The notes: generated from the letters alone by a model not told the origin. Counted from the first letter of the stretch, positions 26,385-41,814 are shown. The stretch is DNA of 60,239 nt from Octopus bimaculoides (GCF_001194135.2 NC_068995.1:20685937-20746175), one strand, 5' to 3'. Made by a program: numbers and translations.

Positions 26385-26590
26385 TTCGAACTGGCAGAAT
26401 CGTTAGCACACCGGGCAAAATGGCTAACAACATTTCGTCCGTCAGCGCATTCTGATTACAAATTCCACCGAGGTTGACATTACCTTTAATCTTTTTTGGA
26501 ATCGATAAATTAAGTATCAGTCAAATACTGGGGTCGATGTGATCGACTTATACCCCCCCCCCAAATTTCAGGCCTTGTGCCTATGGTAAA
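26385..26590 (+). mobile_element. Second SINE family copy
   Basis: CTGGCAGAATCGTTAGCAC head through AAATTTCAGGCCTTGTGCCTA tail. Confidence 0.8.
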
Positions 26591-26625
26591 ATGGGTTATT
26601 GTCATTATTACTATTATTATTGTTG

Positions 26626-29105
26626 TTGTTTTACATTCGGTCTTGTTTGTTCTGAGGGTTTCCGTGAGAGCGGACAGCAACTCGCCATCAAAGGTCTCAC
26701 AGGGTCTCTTCCCACACATTATAATCTTTGACACTTGGTTGTTAATTATCGTGGGAGACATTCAACATCCAAGTACCAACCTCAAAATCCTAGCTGTCCC
26801 CCACAGAGCAGTTTTTGGGTTTGTCCTGCTCTCATGTCAATTCCGATTTCTTTGACATATTTCTCGAATTTGGCTGTTAGCACTCCGAGTGCCCCTACAA
26901 ATACTGGAACGAGAGACGCTCTCCTTATAGTCCATATTCTTGCAATTTCGTCTTTTAGTAGTCTGTACTTTTCAAACTTTTCTAGTTCTTTGTCACTTAT
27001 GCGTGCATCTCCAGGTATTTCAATATCTATGATCTTGGTTTCCTTTTTTCCTTTATCTATCACAACAATATCTGGTCTCCAAGATTCGACTAGGGAACCG
27101 CATTGGAGTGTAAGATCCCGCAGTATCTTGTATTCCTTGTTCTCGGTGTCTCCTTTTGGTTCATGCTCGTACCATTTCTGTGCTCCGTTCAAGCCATACT
27201 TTTCACAAAGCCTCCATTGGACGAACTTAGCCACGTTATCGTGCCTCCTTTCGTGGTGCTTTTGGGTCAGCTTGCTACACTCACTCACAATATGTAAGAT
27301 TGTTTCGTATCTGCTGCCACACATCCTACAAAGGGGCGATTCGCTATTCTTATCTATTTGGAACTTAGTGTAATTAGTTCTCAGAGCTTGTTCCTGGGCG
27401 CTGCATATCAATGCCTCAGTGCATCCTTGCAGATCACTTTTTCTCAGCCATCTCCAAGTGTTTATCTTATCTTTTCCTTCGATTCCTCTGATATATTGCC
27501 GTGCAGTAGTTTTCATTTCCCAGTTGAATACTTTTGCTTCATCTTGTTTCTTAAATGTTTGTGGGTGCATCGTATTTTCGGTAGGTATTATATTGTTAAT
27601 TCTAACAGAAGCAAGCAAGGATTCACTCTGCTGTCTGATATGCCATCCCAGACTGTTCTTCTCGTTGATAACACTGACCTTGCATCCTATGAGACCTCTT
27701 CCAACCCTGTTTCTAGTCACACAGTTTGTCTGCATCGCTTTTGGGGTGTAGTTCCTTGTTAATTGTCATCACTTTTCTAGTTTTCCTGTCCATTTCCTCA
27801 AGCTCGTTCTTTGTCCACCTAACAACACCTGCGCCGTATCGCATTATGGAAACAACCATAATTACTTTCCATAATTACTTTCCATAATTAATTTGGTTCT
27901 TCTGAGATATTCTCGCCTAAAGCCTTCCTTCATTTTACTTTCCTTGATTTTGTCGTATTCTAAGATCCCTAGATATCTATATCCATTAGTCTCAATATCC
28001 ATGATTTTCTCGCTGTTGAGTAGTTTTACATCATCAGATAACACCACTTTGCTTCTTTGTATTATAAGCATACCACACTTTTTAGTTTCAAATTCCATTC
28101 CGATATCCTTACTAAATATCTGCACTGTTGAAACTAGGCCATTTATTTCACATTCGGTTTTTCCAAAGACCTTTAAATCATCCATATATAGCTGATAATT
28201 TAATTTTCCTCCACTTTTCAAGGTGTACTCCGATGTCACTTTCCGTAGTATCTGCAATGGTGATAGGCTATCTCCTTGAAATATGCCGTCGCCAAAAATT
28301 TTCCACATGAAGTTAACTGTATTCTAGGTATTCATTGATCTCCTAATAAAGTTTGATATGTTATCAGACAGCTGTACCAGCTCAAGACTTTCTAAAATCC
28401 AGGAATGGGGGACCATGTCATACGCTCTCTTATAATAGAGCTACGCCATTCCCAGATTAGTAAGTCTTTTCTTGCAGTCATTCAGTTCTATTCTGCCTCT
28501 CAGAATTTGGTCTTTTGTCCCTCGGCTTTTCCTTCTGCACCCTTTCTGTTCCATTGGCAGTTTGTCTTTCATTTCCGGGAAGTTATACACATAATTAGAT
28601 ATTATTCCTGTCATCAGCTTTCACATTTGGGTTCAGTAGCTGATAGGTCGGTAATTATCTACTTCATTGCCTTTGCTGAGATCCTTTTGGCAAAGAATTG
28701 TCTTACCTGTGGTCAGCCACTTTGGGATTTGTACACCGTTGTTGATCGTTTTATCCATTTGCTTGGCTATTCTTCTGTGTAGTGCTGGTGAACTTTTCAG
28801 CCAATATCCTTGTACCCCATCCAGTCCTAAGTATTTCCAGTTTGGGTTTTTTGCTGTCTTTTCGGTTACCATTTCAGTTGTCATTCTAATATTGCTCTGT
28901 TTCACTTAGTATTTTTCCGACCTTAATTCCTTCAACCATTTAGCGTCCTTGTTATGCTTTCTTCCATTATTCCAGATGTTACCCCCAAACATTTTACTTT
29001 CTTCAGCGTCTGGTCTCTCACTGCTGTTAACCTTTCTATTCAGCTGTTGAAACCGACTTATCCCCTCCCGAAAAATTGCTGGCTTTGCGCCAAAATTTGA
29101 AACCA
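26626..29105 (-). mobile_element. R4/Dong-clade non-LTR retrotransposon (RT + RLE), 5'-truncated and degraded
   Basis: RT motifs: GLDGVQGYWLK, NYRPISY, IFQGDSLSPL, LYMDDLKVFG. C-terminus: CRMC..ETILHIVSEC, RRHDNVA, RPDIVVIDK..IIDI.IPGD, KELEKFEKY. 3' UTR ends in (AAT/AAC)n. Confidence 0.92.
26782..27735 (-). pseudogene. CCHC knuckle + restriction-like endonuclease region of the R4/Dong ORF
   Basis: 317-aa open stretch with a CCHC motif and the PD..D-x-K RLE motif. Confidence 0.9.
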
Positions 29106-29504
29106 CTATTATTTCTTTAATTAGTTTCAGTGAAGACAGCGAAGATTAATTCATTGCATTTCTTAGTGTAACAGGCATTTCACAAGAAAGATTGCTAATT
29201 CCATTCCAAGCCAAACGTTCATATTATTAAATTTTGAACTGGTTTAAAGCCAGAATATGAAGAATGTATTTCAAGAGAGAGGTACCAATTTCTTCAGAAT
29301 GTGAATTGAATTTCATCAGCTGTAAGTCAAAATAAGGTCAAAGTTTTGATTTTCAAAATGATTAATTATCTCATGCTTTTTGCTCATATCAAGAACTATG
29401 GATCTATTAACTTTCTCTCTAATATTTATAACCGTTGGAAAATGGTATTTCCATGATATATTTTCTTTTCACTAATCTAAATACTCTGTAACAAAATTCT
29501 TATT

Positions 29505-30307
29505 CATTTTTATCTTTGGTCAGTAAGTGCTATTTCCTATTTGCTTCTATCTAGAAATAAAAAGAAATGACTACTATATCCTTCAAACTTTGCGTTTGTG
29601 ACCTTGACATCAATGAAACTGATCTATTTTCCATTACATTTCAGACGGATTCAGCGCTGAGTTGCTGGAGCAGAAATATCCTTATGGCAAATAACCTGCT
29701 CAATACCAGAGATTTGCTAGTCAGTTGCTTGTTCTTATCCACTAGAGAATAACCCTTAGTGGCTGACAATATGTGCATCTCTGATTATGTGCAGGATTAG
29801 TGGGGGAGATCATAATCATGTGTTGAAAGGGATTCTTTGGGGTTTAAATAAATGTTACAAAAGCAAAGTTTGAAGGAAATATTGGCCATTTTTCATACAT
29901 TTTAGGAGTGAGGAAATAGGAAACAATAGCAGTTACACAAGGACAAAAACCGTGTTACATAGTGTTATTTTTTAAATGAAGAGTATAAGACATTCATGAC
30001 TTTTCCTAGAACACTAGTGGCGTGAAGTGAATGAAATGATTTTAGCCAAAAACTAAAACCATGGCTCAGCTTAGTTGAAGATTAATCGTGTTTGACTGCT
30101 GTTGTGATTCATTTTAAGTATTACAAATAAGACACCTCCCAAATACTGGCATGCAAAAATTTATGCTGGTTTAATCCAGTATTACATAATATCAGTATAA
30201 GCTTTTCTAGATGAATCCAGTGTAACAAATTACCGATATCTAAATAATCCGTAATGCCAAATAATCAGTGACATATATATGTATTTGTGTGTCTGTGCGT
30301 GTATGTA

Positions 30308-30354
<47 letters not shown>

Positions 30355-31390
30355 ACACACACACATATATATATACATATATGTATATATACACATGTAT
30401 GCACACACATATATATATACATGTATTTATATACACACACACATATATACATATATATGTGTGTATGTATATTCATGCATACGTACATATATATACATAC
30501 ATACGTATATATATTCATACGCACGTACATATGAATTAGCATATGCATATATGTATNNNNNNNNNNNNNNNNNNNNNNNNNNNNNNNNNNNNNNNNNNNN
30601 NNNNNNNNNNNNNNNNNNNNNNNNNNNNNNNNNNNNNNNNNNNNNNNNNNNNNNNNNNNNNNNNNNNNNNNNNNNNNNNNNNNNNNNNNNNNNNNNNNNN
30701 NNNNNNNNNNNNNNNNNNNNNNNNNNNNNNNNNNNNNNNNNNNNNNNNNNNNNNNNNNNNNNNNNNNNNNNNNACTTTTGTCATCTTAGCGACTCTACGA
30801 AGACTGAATCTAAGCTTTTTAGGTTTACATAACACTCGTTTATCATTCACATTGCAGCAGACTTTTGTACATCATACGGTGTCATGTTTGTGAAATATTG
30901 CTCTTGTTGATCCCAAAGCGACTCTCAATGGTCAATGATGAGATCAATTGCACAGTGTAACACAATTTTACAAGAGTTTTTGTCCTTGGGTAGCAACTGT
31001 TATTTCTTAGAACGTATGAAAAATGGCCAATATTTCCTCAAAACTTTGCGTCTGTTGCATTTATTCAAACCCCAAATAATCCCCCAACTACCCCTGCTCA
31101 CAATCAGAAATGCACATATTGTCAGCTACTAAGGAAAATGCTTCAGTGGTTGAGATCAAGCAAATAACAAGCAAATCTTGAGCAGTATATTTGCTATAAG
31201 GTTATTTCTGCTTCAGCAACTCAGCACTGAATCTGTCTGAAATGTAATGGAAAATAGATCAGTTTCAAAACATGGATGTCCAGGTCGCAAAGCAAAGTTT
31301 GAAGGGAAAGGTAATCATTTTCTTTGACTTCTAGATAGAAGCAAATAAGAAATAACATTTACAGACCAAATACAAAAATAAATAAAAATT
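29505..31390. repeat. Long inverted repeat, arms ~29505-29959 and ~30956-31390
   Basis: For example TTTGCTTCTATCTAGAA, GAAACTGATCTATTTTCCATTACATTTCAGAC and GGAAATATTGGCCATTTTTCATAC recur as reverse complements in the same order. Confidence 0.85.
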
Positions 31391-32049
31391 AAAAAATTAA
31401 GATCTTCCTACACAGTGTTGTCAAACGTATTCCAGATTCGACCATCCTGTCTTATTTAGGTCTATCTAGAAGTAGGAGTATATTTTGTAACGTATTCTTC
31501 CCTTCCTCAAGATAGTAGCGTGTGTACGACTGCGAAAATTTAGCGAGTATTTGAGACTGTTTAAACGAATACGTTACGTGAAGTTAACCGCACTGTTGTC
31601 TTGTGCTAACGCCAGATGACTTACGAAGCAAGTGTTAAGAGATTTGGCCCTGATACAATATAAGATCGACACGATAGCTACACGAACATTGGATTTCGCA
31701 TTGACGATATCTATGTTTGTTCTAAGTTCTCGAGGTGTCCATCATCCCATATTCATGTAATTAGGATCAAAATAACCGAACGGATAACGTATAGTGCAAC
31801 TGACTCTGTTATTTTTTGTCGTTTTATTTCAAATATGTAGCAAGTGCTTTGTTGTGTTTCCCAACAAACACTTATTCTCCGTTCTCTCATTCTTTATAAC
31901 AGTCGATAATTGGCATCATATCAGCTCGGGTTCTTATCTATGGTTTCCTATCGACAAACGTTCTATCCGAGGAAGAGTTTATATTTCGTCCACTCTATTT
32001 TTAAAATAGTTGCTAAAGACAGGATCACTCTCTCCCCGCTAGTGGGGAA

Positions 32050-33990
<1,941 letters not shown>

Positions 33991-35574
33991 GTAATAATCT
34001 GTAATGTGATGTCTATCTATATTGAAGTTTTTGAAGAAAAGATAATTACGGGGAAGTAATTTGTTGAAGCTCAGTTCGCAATTATTAGCAAGCAACATTC
34101 CTGTTATTTGCATTGTTATTTTAAAAACCTAAAGACTACTTGTTCAAAATTAGTTGCAACTGACAAATTGTCAATTGGATTCATTTGTCTTAGGATGAAA
34201 GCAAGCTAGTAAGTTTTGTAGCGTAATTTCCATATAATATTTAACACTTCCCGCTTGTTTGTTTCAGTTTTAGTAGCGGTGTAAAACTAGCTTGTAAAAA
34301 CTAAAATATCGAAAATTGCAGTGAAGCAAACTCTATCGTTTATCATGAAAGAAATACAGTATGATTAAGCAAGCATACAATTTAGATTGTCTCCGACGAT
34401 AATAAAATAAAATCGTTCAAACACGTCTCCTTGCCTTTTATCATCTAATAGCAACAAGTGTCATAAAATTTTACCATTCATCAACTAATGTTTGTGGGTG
34501 GGGGATTGAGACTTCGAGTGCTATAGACACACTGTCTTCAGACATCTACAAACATACATACAGGCATGCACGCCCGCCCGTCCGACCGCACGAACACACA
34601 CTCCCTCTAACCACGCCCACACGCCCACACGCACACATAGACATACTCTCCCGCGAATGCGCACTTATATAAACATATACAAAAATATATGTACGCATAA
34701 ACACATATACAAACACATACATACCCGTATTGAAATATAGATGCATAAAACTCAATCATCGTCCAACAAATACAAGATTTCATAGTGCCGACGGAAAAAT
34801 TTATCGGGAGATGTGAAATTAATAGGACATGAAGTCCTCAATAGTTTGATGAGTGAACCGAAAAAGAATGTTTTAATTTGGTGTAACGATGACAGAAGCT
34901 CGTGTCTCACTAGGCTATTAACTAGCTTCCTAAATTACTGTGAAATGAAAATTACTGAACGTGAAATTAATACGCTTCACGAGGGAAATATTCCTCTACG
35001 TCATTCAGCAAAAGCAGGATGAAGAGGAATTGGAAACTCTAGACAGCCTAAACGCCATGATTTTCTCCTTAGTTTCGCTTTTGCCAAATTACGATATTTG
35101 GCTCTGAGTTTGTTACATGAAGAAATGGAATGAACAACAGTAGCCAGCCCCACTATCGTCTAAACTCATTGGAATTTTTCTCAGGCTTCGAAACCTGGGA
35201 TATTTTAGTTTTTGTTTGCAACTTTCAAAACTGACCCAAGTAAACCAAAGTTCCTCTACTCATAGAGTGCAAATTAGCATTAAAAGACTGAACTAATTAT
35301 TGCGTATTACATAATCTTCTCGTAAACGTATTGCTGAATTTAAATGTTGTTTTTGTTCATGTATAAATGTCTTATATCGAGATATTCAATATATACGGAG
35401 TTAGCTAAGAGAACATGTGAACTTCTGTCTCTAGCGAAACTAAATGGGACATAGTTCAATGCGATATCAATAATCTATCATTGCTAGGCCAGAATTCAAT
35501 CAAGGAATTATAACCATAACATTAATCTAGAGCAAGTAATGTGTGTCTGAGTCTGTGTTTGCCCCCTCTTCCCA

Positions 35575-36045
35575 CCGCATAACAGCCGGTGCTGGTGTAT
35601 TTATATCCCAGTAACCTCGGGGTTCCGCAAAAGAGACTGATAGAATAAGTATCAAACTTTAAAAAAAAAGTCCTGGGGTCTATGCGTTCGACTAAAAAGT
35701 ACAAGACGGTACTCCGGCATGGTTGCAGTTCAACGACTGAAACAAGTAAAAAATAAAAGATAAAATATATAATAACAGGGCGTATTAGACATTCCCATAA
35801 TACCCATACATTCAGACGTAGTAAGAAGCGTATCCATTCCGCCCTCATTGTGATCTGGCAACTGATTGGTAGAAAGTTAGAGAACCTAGTCGCAAAGACA
35901 AACGAAGAGAATGGGAATATGGGAATAACGGAATATCGAATGTTACTTGCGTGCAACGTAAAAAAATAAACATAAGCGTAAGCGTGGCTGTGTGGTAAGA
36001 AGCATGCTTCCCAACCACGTGGTTCTTCGTTCAGCCCCATTGAAC
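35575..36045 (+). mobile_element. Two SINE fragments (3' half 35575-35760; head 35980-36045)
   Basis: AAAAGAGACTGATAGAATAAGTA..GACTGAAACAAGTAAA tail; separate GTGGCTGTGTGGTAAGAAGC head. Confidence 0.7.
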
Positions 36046-36359
36046 GCATATGATGTCATTACACCGTTTCATACCCACTAGGAATCAGTGCAGAAGTCAA
36101 CCGAAACGATCGTTGTGCTAATTAAAGCTTCTACTTACACTCCATCTTCCATATCAATCATTTAGAATATACTCAGCATGCACCTAGGAATTCCTTACGT
36201 AGATCCAGCGACGAAAGCACAGTACCGCGGATGTCGCCCGGTGGCTATAAGTGGTGAACATGCTTTGCAGGCACACTACCAGGGATTTACCCAAAGCAGT
36301 GCTTGGATACTGTATTTTAATGTCTCCTATGTAAACCTTAATTCTAATTTTAAATTTAA

Positions 36360-36641
36360 CTCAGAGTCATACCCGTAGACCCAACTCTCGCCACTGTTGA
36401 TGATCTTCGGCATGAAGGATGGGTCATCAGTAGCACAGAAATCTTGACAGACTTTGAAGCGGTGTCCATGACATGTGATCACAAAAATATAAATTTCACA
36501 ACTTGCGAAGTAAACACAGCGATGTCACTCGGCACACTGCCCCATGAAGGTCACTGCTAGCTCTCGTTGCACATGCAACCTTGTGCTGCCATCTGTTGGT
36601 GCGCTACAGAATTAGTTCAGAAAGTCGTTGGTCCCACCTCG
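36360..36641 (-). mobile_element. Internally deleted mariner fragment
   Basis: Minus strand has TA followed by a CGAGGTGGGACCAACGACTTT TIR-like end, then DDPSFMPKIINSGESWVYGYDSE (the ITGDESWVYGYDPE motif). Confidence 0.7.
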
Positions 36642-36642
36642 T

Positions 36643-37018
36643 ACATACATACAAACATACATACATACATACATACGTGTATACACACTCGCATGAATAC
36701 ATACATACATACATACATACGTACATACATACATGCATACGTACATACATACACACACGCATACATACTTACATACATACACACACAAACGCATACATAC
36801 ATACATACATACATACATACAAACATACACACATACATACACACATGCGTACATACACACGCATACATACATACATACATACATACATAATACATACATA
36901 CATACGTACATATATACATGCATACATACATACATACATACATACCTACGTACATGCATACATACATACATACATGCATACATACCTACGTACATACATA
37001 CATACATACTTACATACT
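36643..37018. repeat. (TACA)n microsatellite
   Basis: Direct reading. Confidence 0.95.
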
Positions 37019-37913
37019 CACCTGTCTTGAGTAAAGTATGACTGAATTTGGGATCAAATGATGATGATATCTGAGGTTATAAAAATCTACAAAACCTTTT
37101 TAACATTTAAAAGATGAGGAACGAAGCAAAATGCTTTCCTTCACAACTTTCCTACCAAGAAGGTGGCCGGTCAATCAATCAACCAGTCGTCCTCTCTTCT
37201 CCAGCCTGGCTTCGTTTCAGCGCACGAGTTTATAAATTAAGAAACTTCCAAACTAAATACAAGAATGAAAGGTTTTGTTAGAGATATTATTAAACGAAAG
37301 TCAAAGTTTGGAAGAATAGGAAAAAAAAAAAAGAGTCTGAAGCGATATAAAGCGAGAGAATATTTGTTGTACATCAAAATATATAAAATATGGCATAGAA
37401 ATAAAAAAGAGACTAAGATAGACAAACAGTCAAGGTCGATTTGATTCCTGCAGTGATTAGATTATGAGGATGTGATAAAACCTAGAATATTAGTTTTCAT
37501 ATGGGAGTTAAATGTAAGGTCTTCTCTAAATAAGGTAATAAGCTATATAAAGAAAAAAGTTGTTTCCTTTATCGCATTCATACACACACACATCACGCAC
37601 AAAAACATACGCATACACGCACACACACGCGTACACACACGTACACACATGCACACACAGACACAAACACAAAAGCAAACACGCACAGGCGTGTGCGCAA
37701 ACGAATTCGTATATATAATTACAAATCACAAATGTATAGAGAAAAAACGTACACAAGTATACATAAAATATGTATGGGCGATTATGTGTGTGTGTTTGTG
37801 TACATACAATATATGTGTACGTGGTGAAATACGTATATACGAATGTGTTAAATCGTTCATCGATACACATTTTTTTCTCTGACTGTGTTTTTGTTTTTTT
37901 TTACCTCTTCATC

Positions 37914-37949
37914 CTTTTTGCCGAAGAGCGTAGGCTCGAAACGTCAAAG
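37914..37949 (+). ncRNA. Degenerate minimal hammerhead-like motif (same family as 7121)
   Basis: CTTT-TTGCCGA-A-GAGC-GTAG-GCTC-GAAACGTC-AAAG; helices I and II pair, the core is altered. Confidence 0.45.
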
Positions 37950-38624
37950 ACTATTCCATTCTTCCCGAGAGTTGAAGAAATGCACCTACTTGTTTTTCCC
38001 TTCACCTGTCTACATATTTTGTCTTCAAATTTTGTAAATTTNNNNNNNNNNNNNNNNNNNNNNNNNNNNNNNNNNNNNNNNNNNNNNNNNNNNNNNNNNN
38101 NNNNNNNNNNNNNNNNNNNNNNNNNNNNNNNNNNNNNNNNNNNNNNNNNNNNNNNNNNNNNNNNNNNNNNNNNNNNNNNNNNTATATATATATATATATC
38201 AAAACGATGTGTTATAAAAATATTCCACAGCCATACTAACAATCCTACATACCTCAATCGTCAGCTGCCCCACGGATATCATGATGGTTTCGACACCTAG
38301 GCAGTACCATTCAATCCAGCGGTGTTAACAGCACTAAAATAAGTGTTATTTGGGAACAAACAAACCAAAGAAACCACAACTTTTAAGCACATTTACCCAA
38401 TGTACAACCGTATCTATAAATAAATTCAGTAAGTAAATTACAACTCCTCCTAAATACGCAACTAAACAGCGACAACTCTATTAAGTCACACAAAAATTAT
38501 AATCCCTTCCGTCTTCCGTAGTATAATATAAAAGTAAAAGCTTAATAACCACATTATTTCAATCAATCAATTTATAGGCAGGATTAAAGACTAACTTCAA
38601 TAATACTACAAGCGACTGTATATA

Positions 38625-39614
38625 CGAGGGGTGTCTGAAAAGTTTTGAGCCTAACCTAGAATCAGGGTTGCTATATAGTTGAAACAATTTTTTCTGATAT
38701 GTACAGTCTTTTCGGAGAATTCTTGCTCATTTTCATGATTCTGATATTTTAATTTTTTTGTTGCAGATTTTTGAATAAACAAGCTTCGAATTTACAAGGA
38801 AAATGGAGAAAACTGAGTATCGTGCTGTCATAATGTACCTTCGTTTGAAAGGCATGACTCCATCAGAAATCCATGAAGATATGGTGAGAACCTTAACAGA
38901 GAATGCTCCTTCATATGCAACAGTCAAACGCTGGGTAAATGAATTCAAGCGTGGCAGGGAGAGTGTGGATGATGATCCAAGACCAGGGAGACCTCCAACT
39001 GTAACCACCAAGGACAACCTTGACCTTGCTCTTGGTATGATAATGCAAGATCACCGAATATCATGTCATCAGATAGCCGAGAGACTGAGCATCTCAACTG
39101 AAAGAGCAGACAACATTGTGACTAAAGAACTTGGGTTCTCAAAGGTTTCTGCAAGGTGGGTCCCTCACCTTTTGACTCCTGAACAGAAACGCACCAGGTG
39201 TACTTTGTCCACGAGCAATCTGGAACTGCTTGAAGTTGATAAAGAGAATTTTCTTGCTCGTTTCATTACTATGGACGAAAGCTGGGTCCATCACTACCAG
39301 CCTGCAACCAAAGAACAATCAAATCAGTGGAAGCACACATCTTCTCCTACCCCAATGAAGACCAGGGTCATTCCCTCAGATGGCAAGCTCATGGCATCCG
39401 TTTTTTTTTTTGGATTCTCAAGGTGTCTTGCTGATCGATTACCTTGAAAAGGGTCACACTGTGACAGGGGTGTATTATTCTCAGCTACTGAAACGCCTCC
39501 GAGAAGCAATCAAAGAAAAAAAGGCCGGAAATGCTCACCAGAGGAGTCTTTTTTCATCACGACAATGCTCCAGCCCACACCTCAGTGGTTGCCAGGGCAA
39601 CAATTCGAGATTTT
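38625..39614 (+). mobile_element. Mariner transposon (irritans/Himar-like), 3'-truncated
   Basis: TA followed by a CGAGGGGTGTCTGAAAAGTTTTGAGCCT TIR. The transposase has an HTH, WVPHLLT, ITMDESWVHHY and HDNAPAH. YSPDL and the right TIR are missing. Confidence 0.92.
38803..39614 (+). pseudogene. Mariner DDD transposase pseudogene
   Basis: ORF 38803-39447 continues in other frames (DSQGVLLIDYLEKGHTVTGVYYSQLLKRLREAIKEK; HDNAPAHTSVVARATIRDF). Frameshifts fall at the T-run near 39400 and the A-run near 39515. Confidence 0.9.
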
Positions 39615-39806
39615 CATAGCATATTTTGATTACCTCGATAACTGAAGAGATGCCGGTGCGGGTTTCCGCCCCGACATCCGAAACTCGGAGTTTTATTATG
39701 GTAACCGAATAATTGTCACATTATATTACAGATAAATTCCTCTATTTACTTAATATCGAGGTCTCTTTCATTCTTTTGTTGTCTTACCATTACTATTAAT
39801 ATATAT
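39615..39806 (+). mobile_element. Short hammerhead-bearing element end (probable PLE terminus) running into (TA)n
   Basis: Starts where the mariner ORF stops, contains the hammerhead, then an AT-rich tail and a TA microsatellite/gap. Confidence 0.5.
39630..39704 (+). ncRNA. Type I hammerhead ribozyme, near-canonical
   Basis: TTACC-TCG-ATAA / CTGAAGA (39642-48) / long helix II GATG..CGG.GCGG-GTTT-CCGC.CCG.CATC / GAAAC (39680-84) / T-CGG-A-GTT| / TTAT-TAT-GGTAA. All three helices pair. Confidence 0.8.
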
Positions 39807-40104
39807 NNNNNNNNNNNNNNNNNNNNNNNNNTATATATATATATATATGATGACTTAGGCATTGCAATAGAACCCAATATAGAAATATTTTATGACAAAG
39901 CAAGCAGAGGGCAGAGTGAAGCGTGTAATATTAACTGTCAAATGTCAAGGGAACAGGAATTACGCAACCAACTTCATTAGCTTACAGCTGTTTCTGCTGT
40001 AAGAAATGTATTCAGAAGACAACCACTCAACTTTGAATATATACGAAAGACCTGTAAACTAATGCAGCTGATTATATTGTTCCGCTTCCCTTTCCATTCA
40101 GTAA

Positions 40105-40323
40105 TATCTGTCTGTTTGTCTGTCTGTCAGTATGTCTGTCTCTCTGTCTGTCTGTCTATTTATCTATCTATCTATCTATTTATCTATCTACTTACCTACC
40201 TACCTACCCACCTACCTACCTACCTACCTACCTACCTACCTACCTACCTACCTACCTACCTACCTACCTACCTACCTACCTACCTACCTACCTACCTACC
40301 TACCTACCTACCTACCTACCTAC

Positions 40324-40354
<31 letters not shown>

Positions 40355-40378
40355 CCTGTCTATCTATTTATCTACAGG
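40105..40378. repeat. (TCTG)/(TCTA)/(CCTA) compound microsatellite
   Basis: Direct reading. Confidence 0.95.
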
Positions 40379-40924
40379 AAGCGGAAAAATTCACCGAAAC
40401 GGTGGATACAGTTATTTTTTAATGTATGCAAATTATGAAAATATACATGCGCAGTAATTGTGTGCTGATTCTATTTCATTTATTTGCAAAGCCTTTGTTA
40501 GATTCCATAAAACTGTATCTGTCTTATTAACTACTTTCCGTTTGTGAAATCGGATATCCTTGAAAAATTTTATATGGTGAATTATTTTGACATCCATTTC
40601 TATGAAACGTATTTCTTGCAATACAGACTGTGAAAAATGGAACCATATTTTTTGGTTTAGAAATTGAACACATACATATATTGACTCAGACACACACACA
40701 CACACACATACACATGCACACACACGTACACACACACACATACACACACACACACGTGCGTGTGTAGCATGATCTATCTTTATATAGAATAACATAATAT
40801 TCATATATGTGTGCATTGTGTACGTATATATATGTCATATGCATATCTACATACATAATACATACATACATACATACATATCTATCTATCTATATATATA
40901 GATAGATACTTATGCATGCTCATA

Positions 40925-40970
<46 letters not shown>

Positions 40971-41814
40971 CACACACGCTCACAATCACATATTCATGGG
41001 CACAACTCTGTCAGTTGTGTGATTATTCATCCCACAGTGTGTTTTATAACACTTGATTGTTTTGTTTGACTGTTTCACTGTTTCACTCTATATTTGGTGC
41101 GTTCGGTTTGTTTGTTCGTTAAAATTCTTTCATTCTGTCATTCTCATTTTTTTTTTAAATTCTTTCTATCTTCGTGTTTTGTTTCTTTTAGCAATCCAAA
41201 CTTCAGATTTGTGAATATATAACGCTAGAAGAATGTCAATGATATTCAATGAATAAAAGAAAACAGGATCAAGTTGATAGTAACCAAGCAACAATTCCAA
41301 TTCCATTACATTTTATTTACTTATTTATATCTCTTTACACTTTCTTTGTATTTTGGTTTTCTTTCAAATTCCCAGATACGCCAACTCATAACGGCGCCGT
41401 TTTCTTGCTGGACTCTTGGGAATTAGTTCGAAAGCTGTTTGAAAAGAGCTTCATGACACACATTTCCAGTAAATATTCTAAAGTATGTTTTTTCTCCCTC
41501 CTCATTGTTTCTGGACGGAGCTAGGCTGTCTCTCAATGATTGATGGTGTAGAGTTTTAACGCAGCACCAAACACTAAACACTAAACATCACAACACGTAT
41601 TGTGAGTGAATAAGATAATTCTAACCATTGTTACGCGGGGTAACTAATTAAGGCAATTTATATGTATATCCACATGTATCCGCGCACGTACATGTGTGTG
41701 TATAGATACATATATACACACATTTATCTATCTATCTGTCAATCTATCTATATATGTATACATATATTTATATATACAAATATGTATGTATGTATCTATC
41801 TATCTATCTATTTA

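Noticed and set aside
38255-38310. Permuted (type II) hammerhead on the minus strand
   Set aside because: The cleavage position would be G and helix II does not pair.
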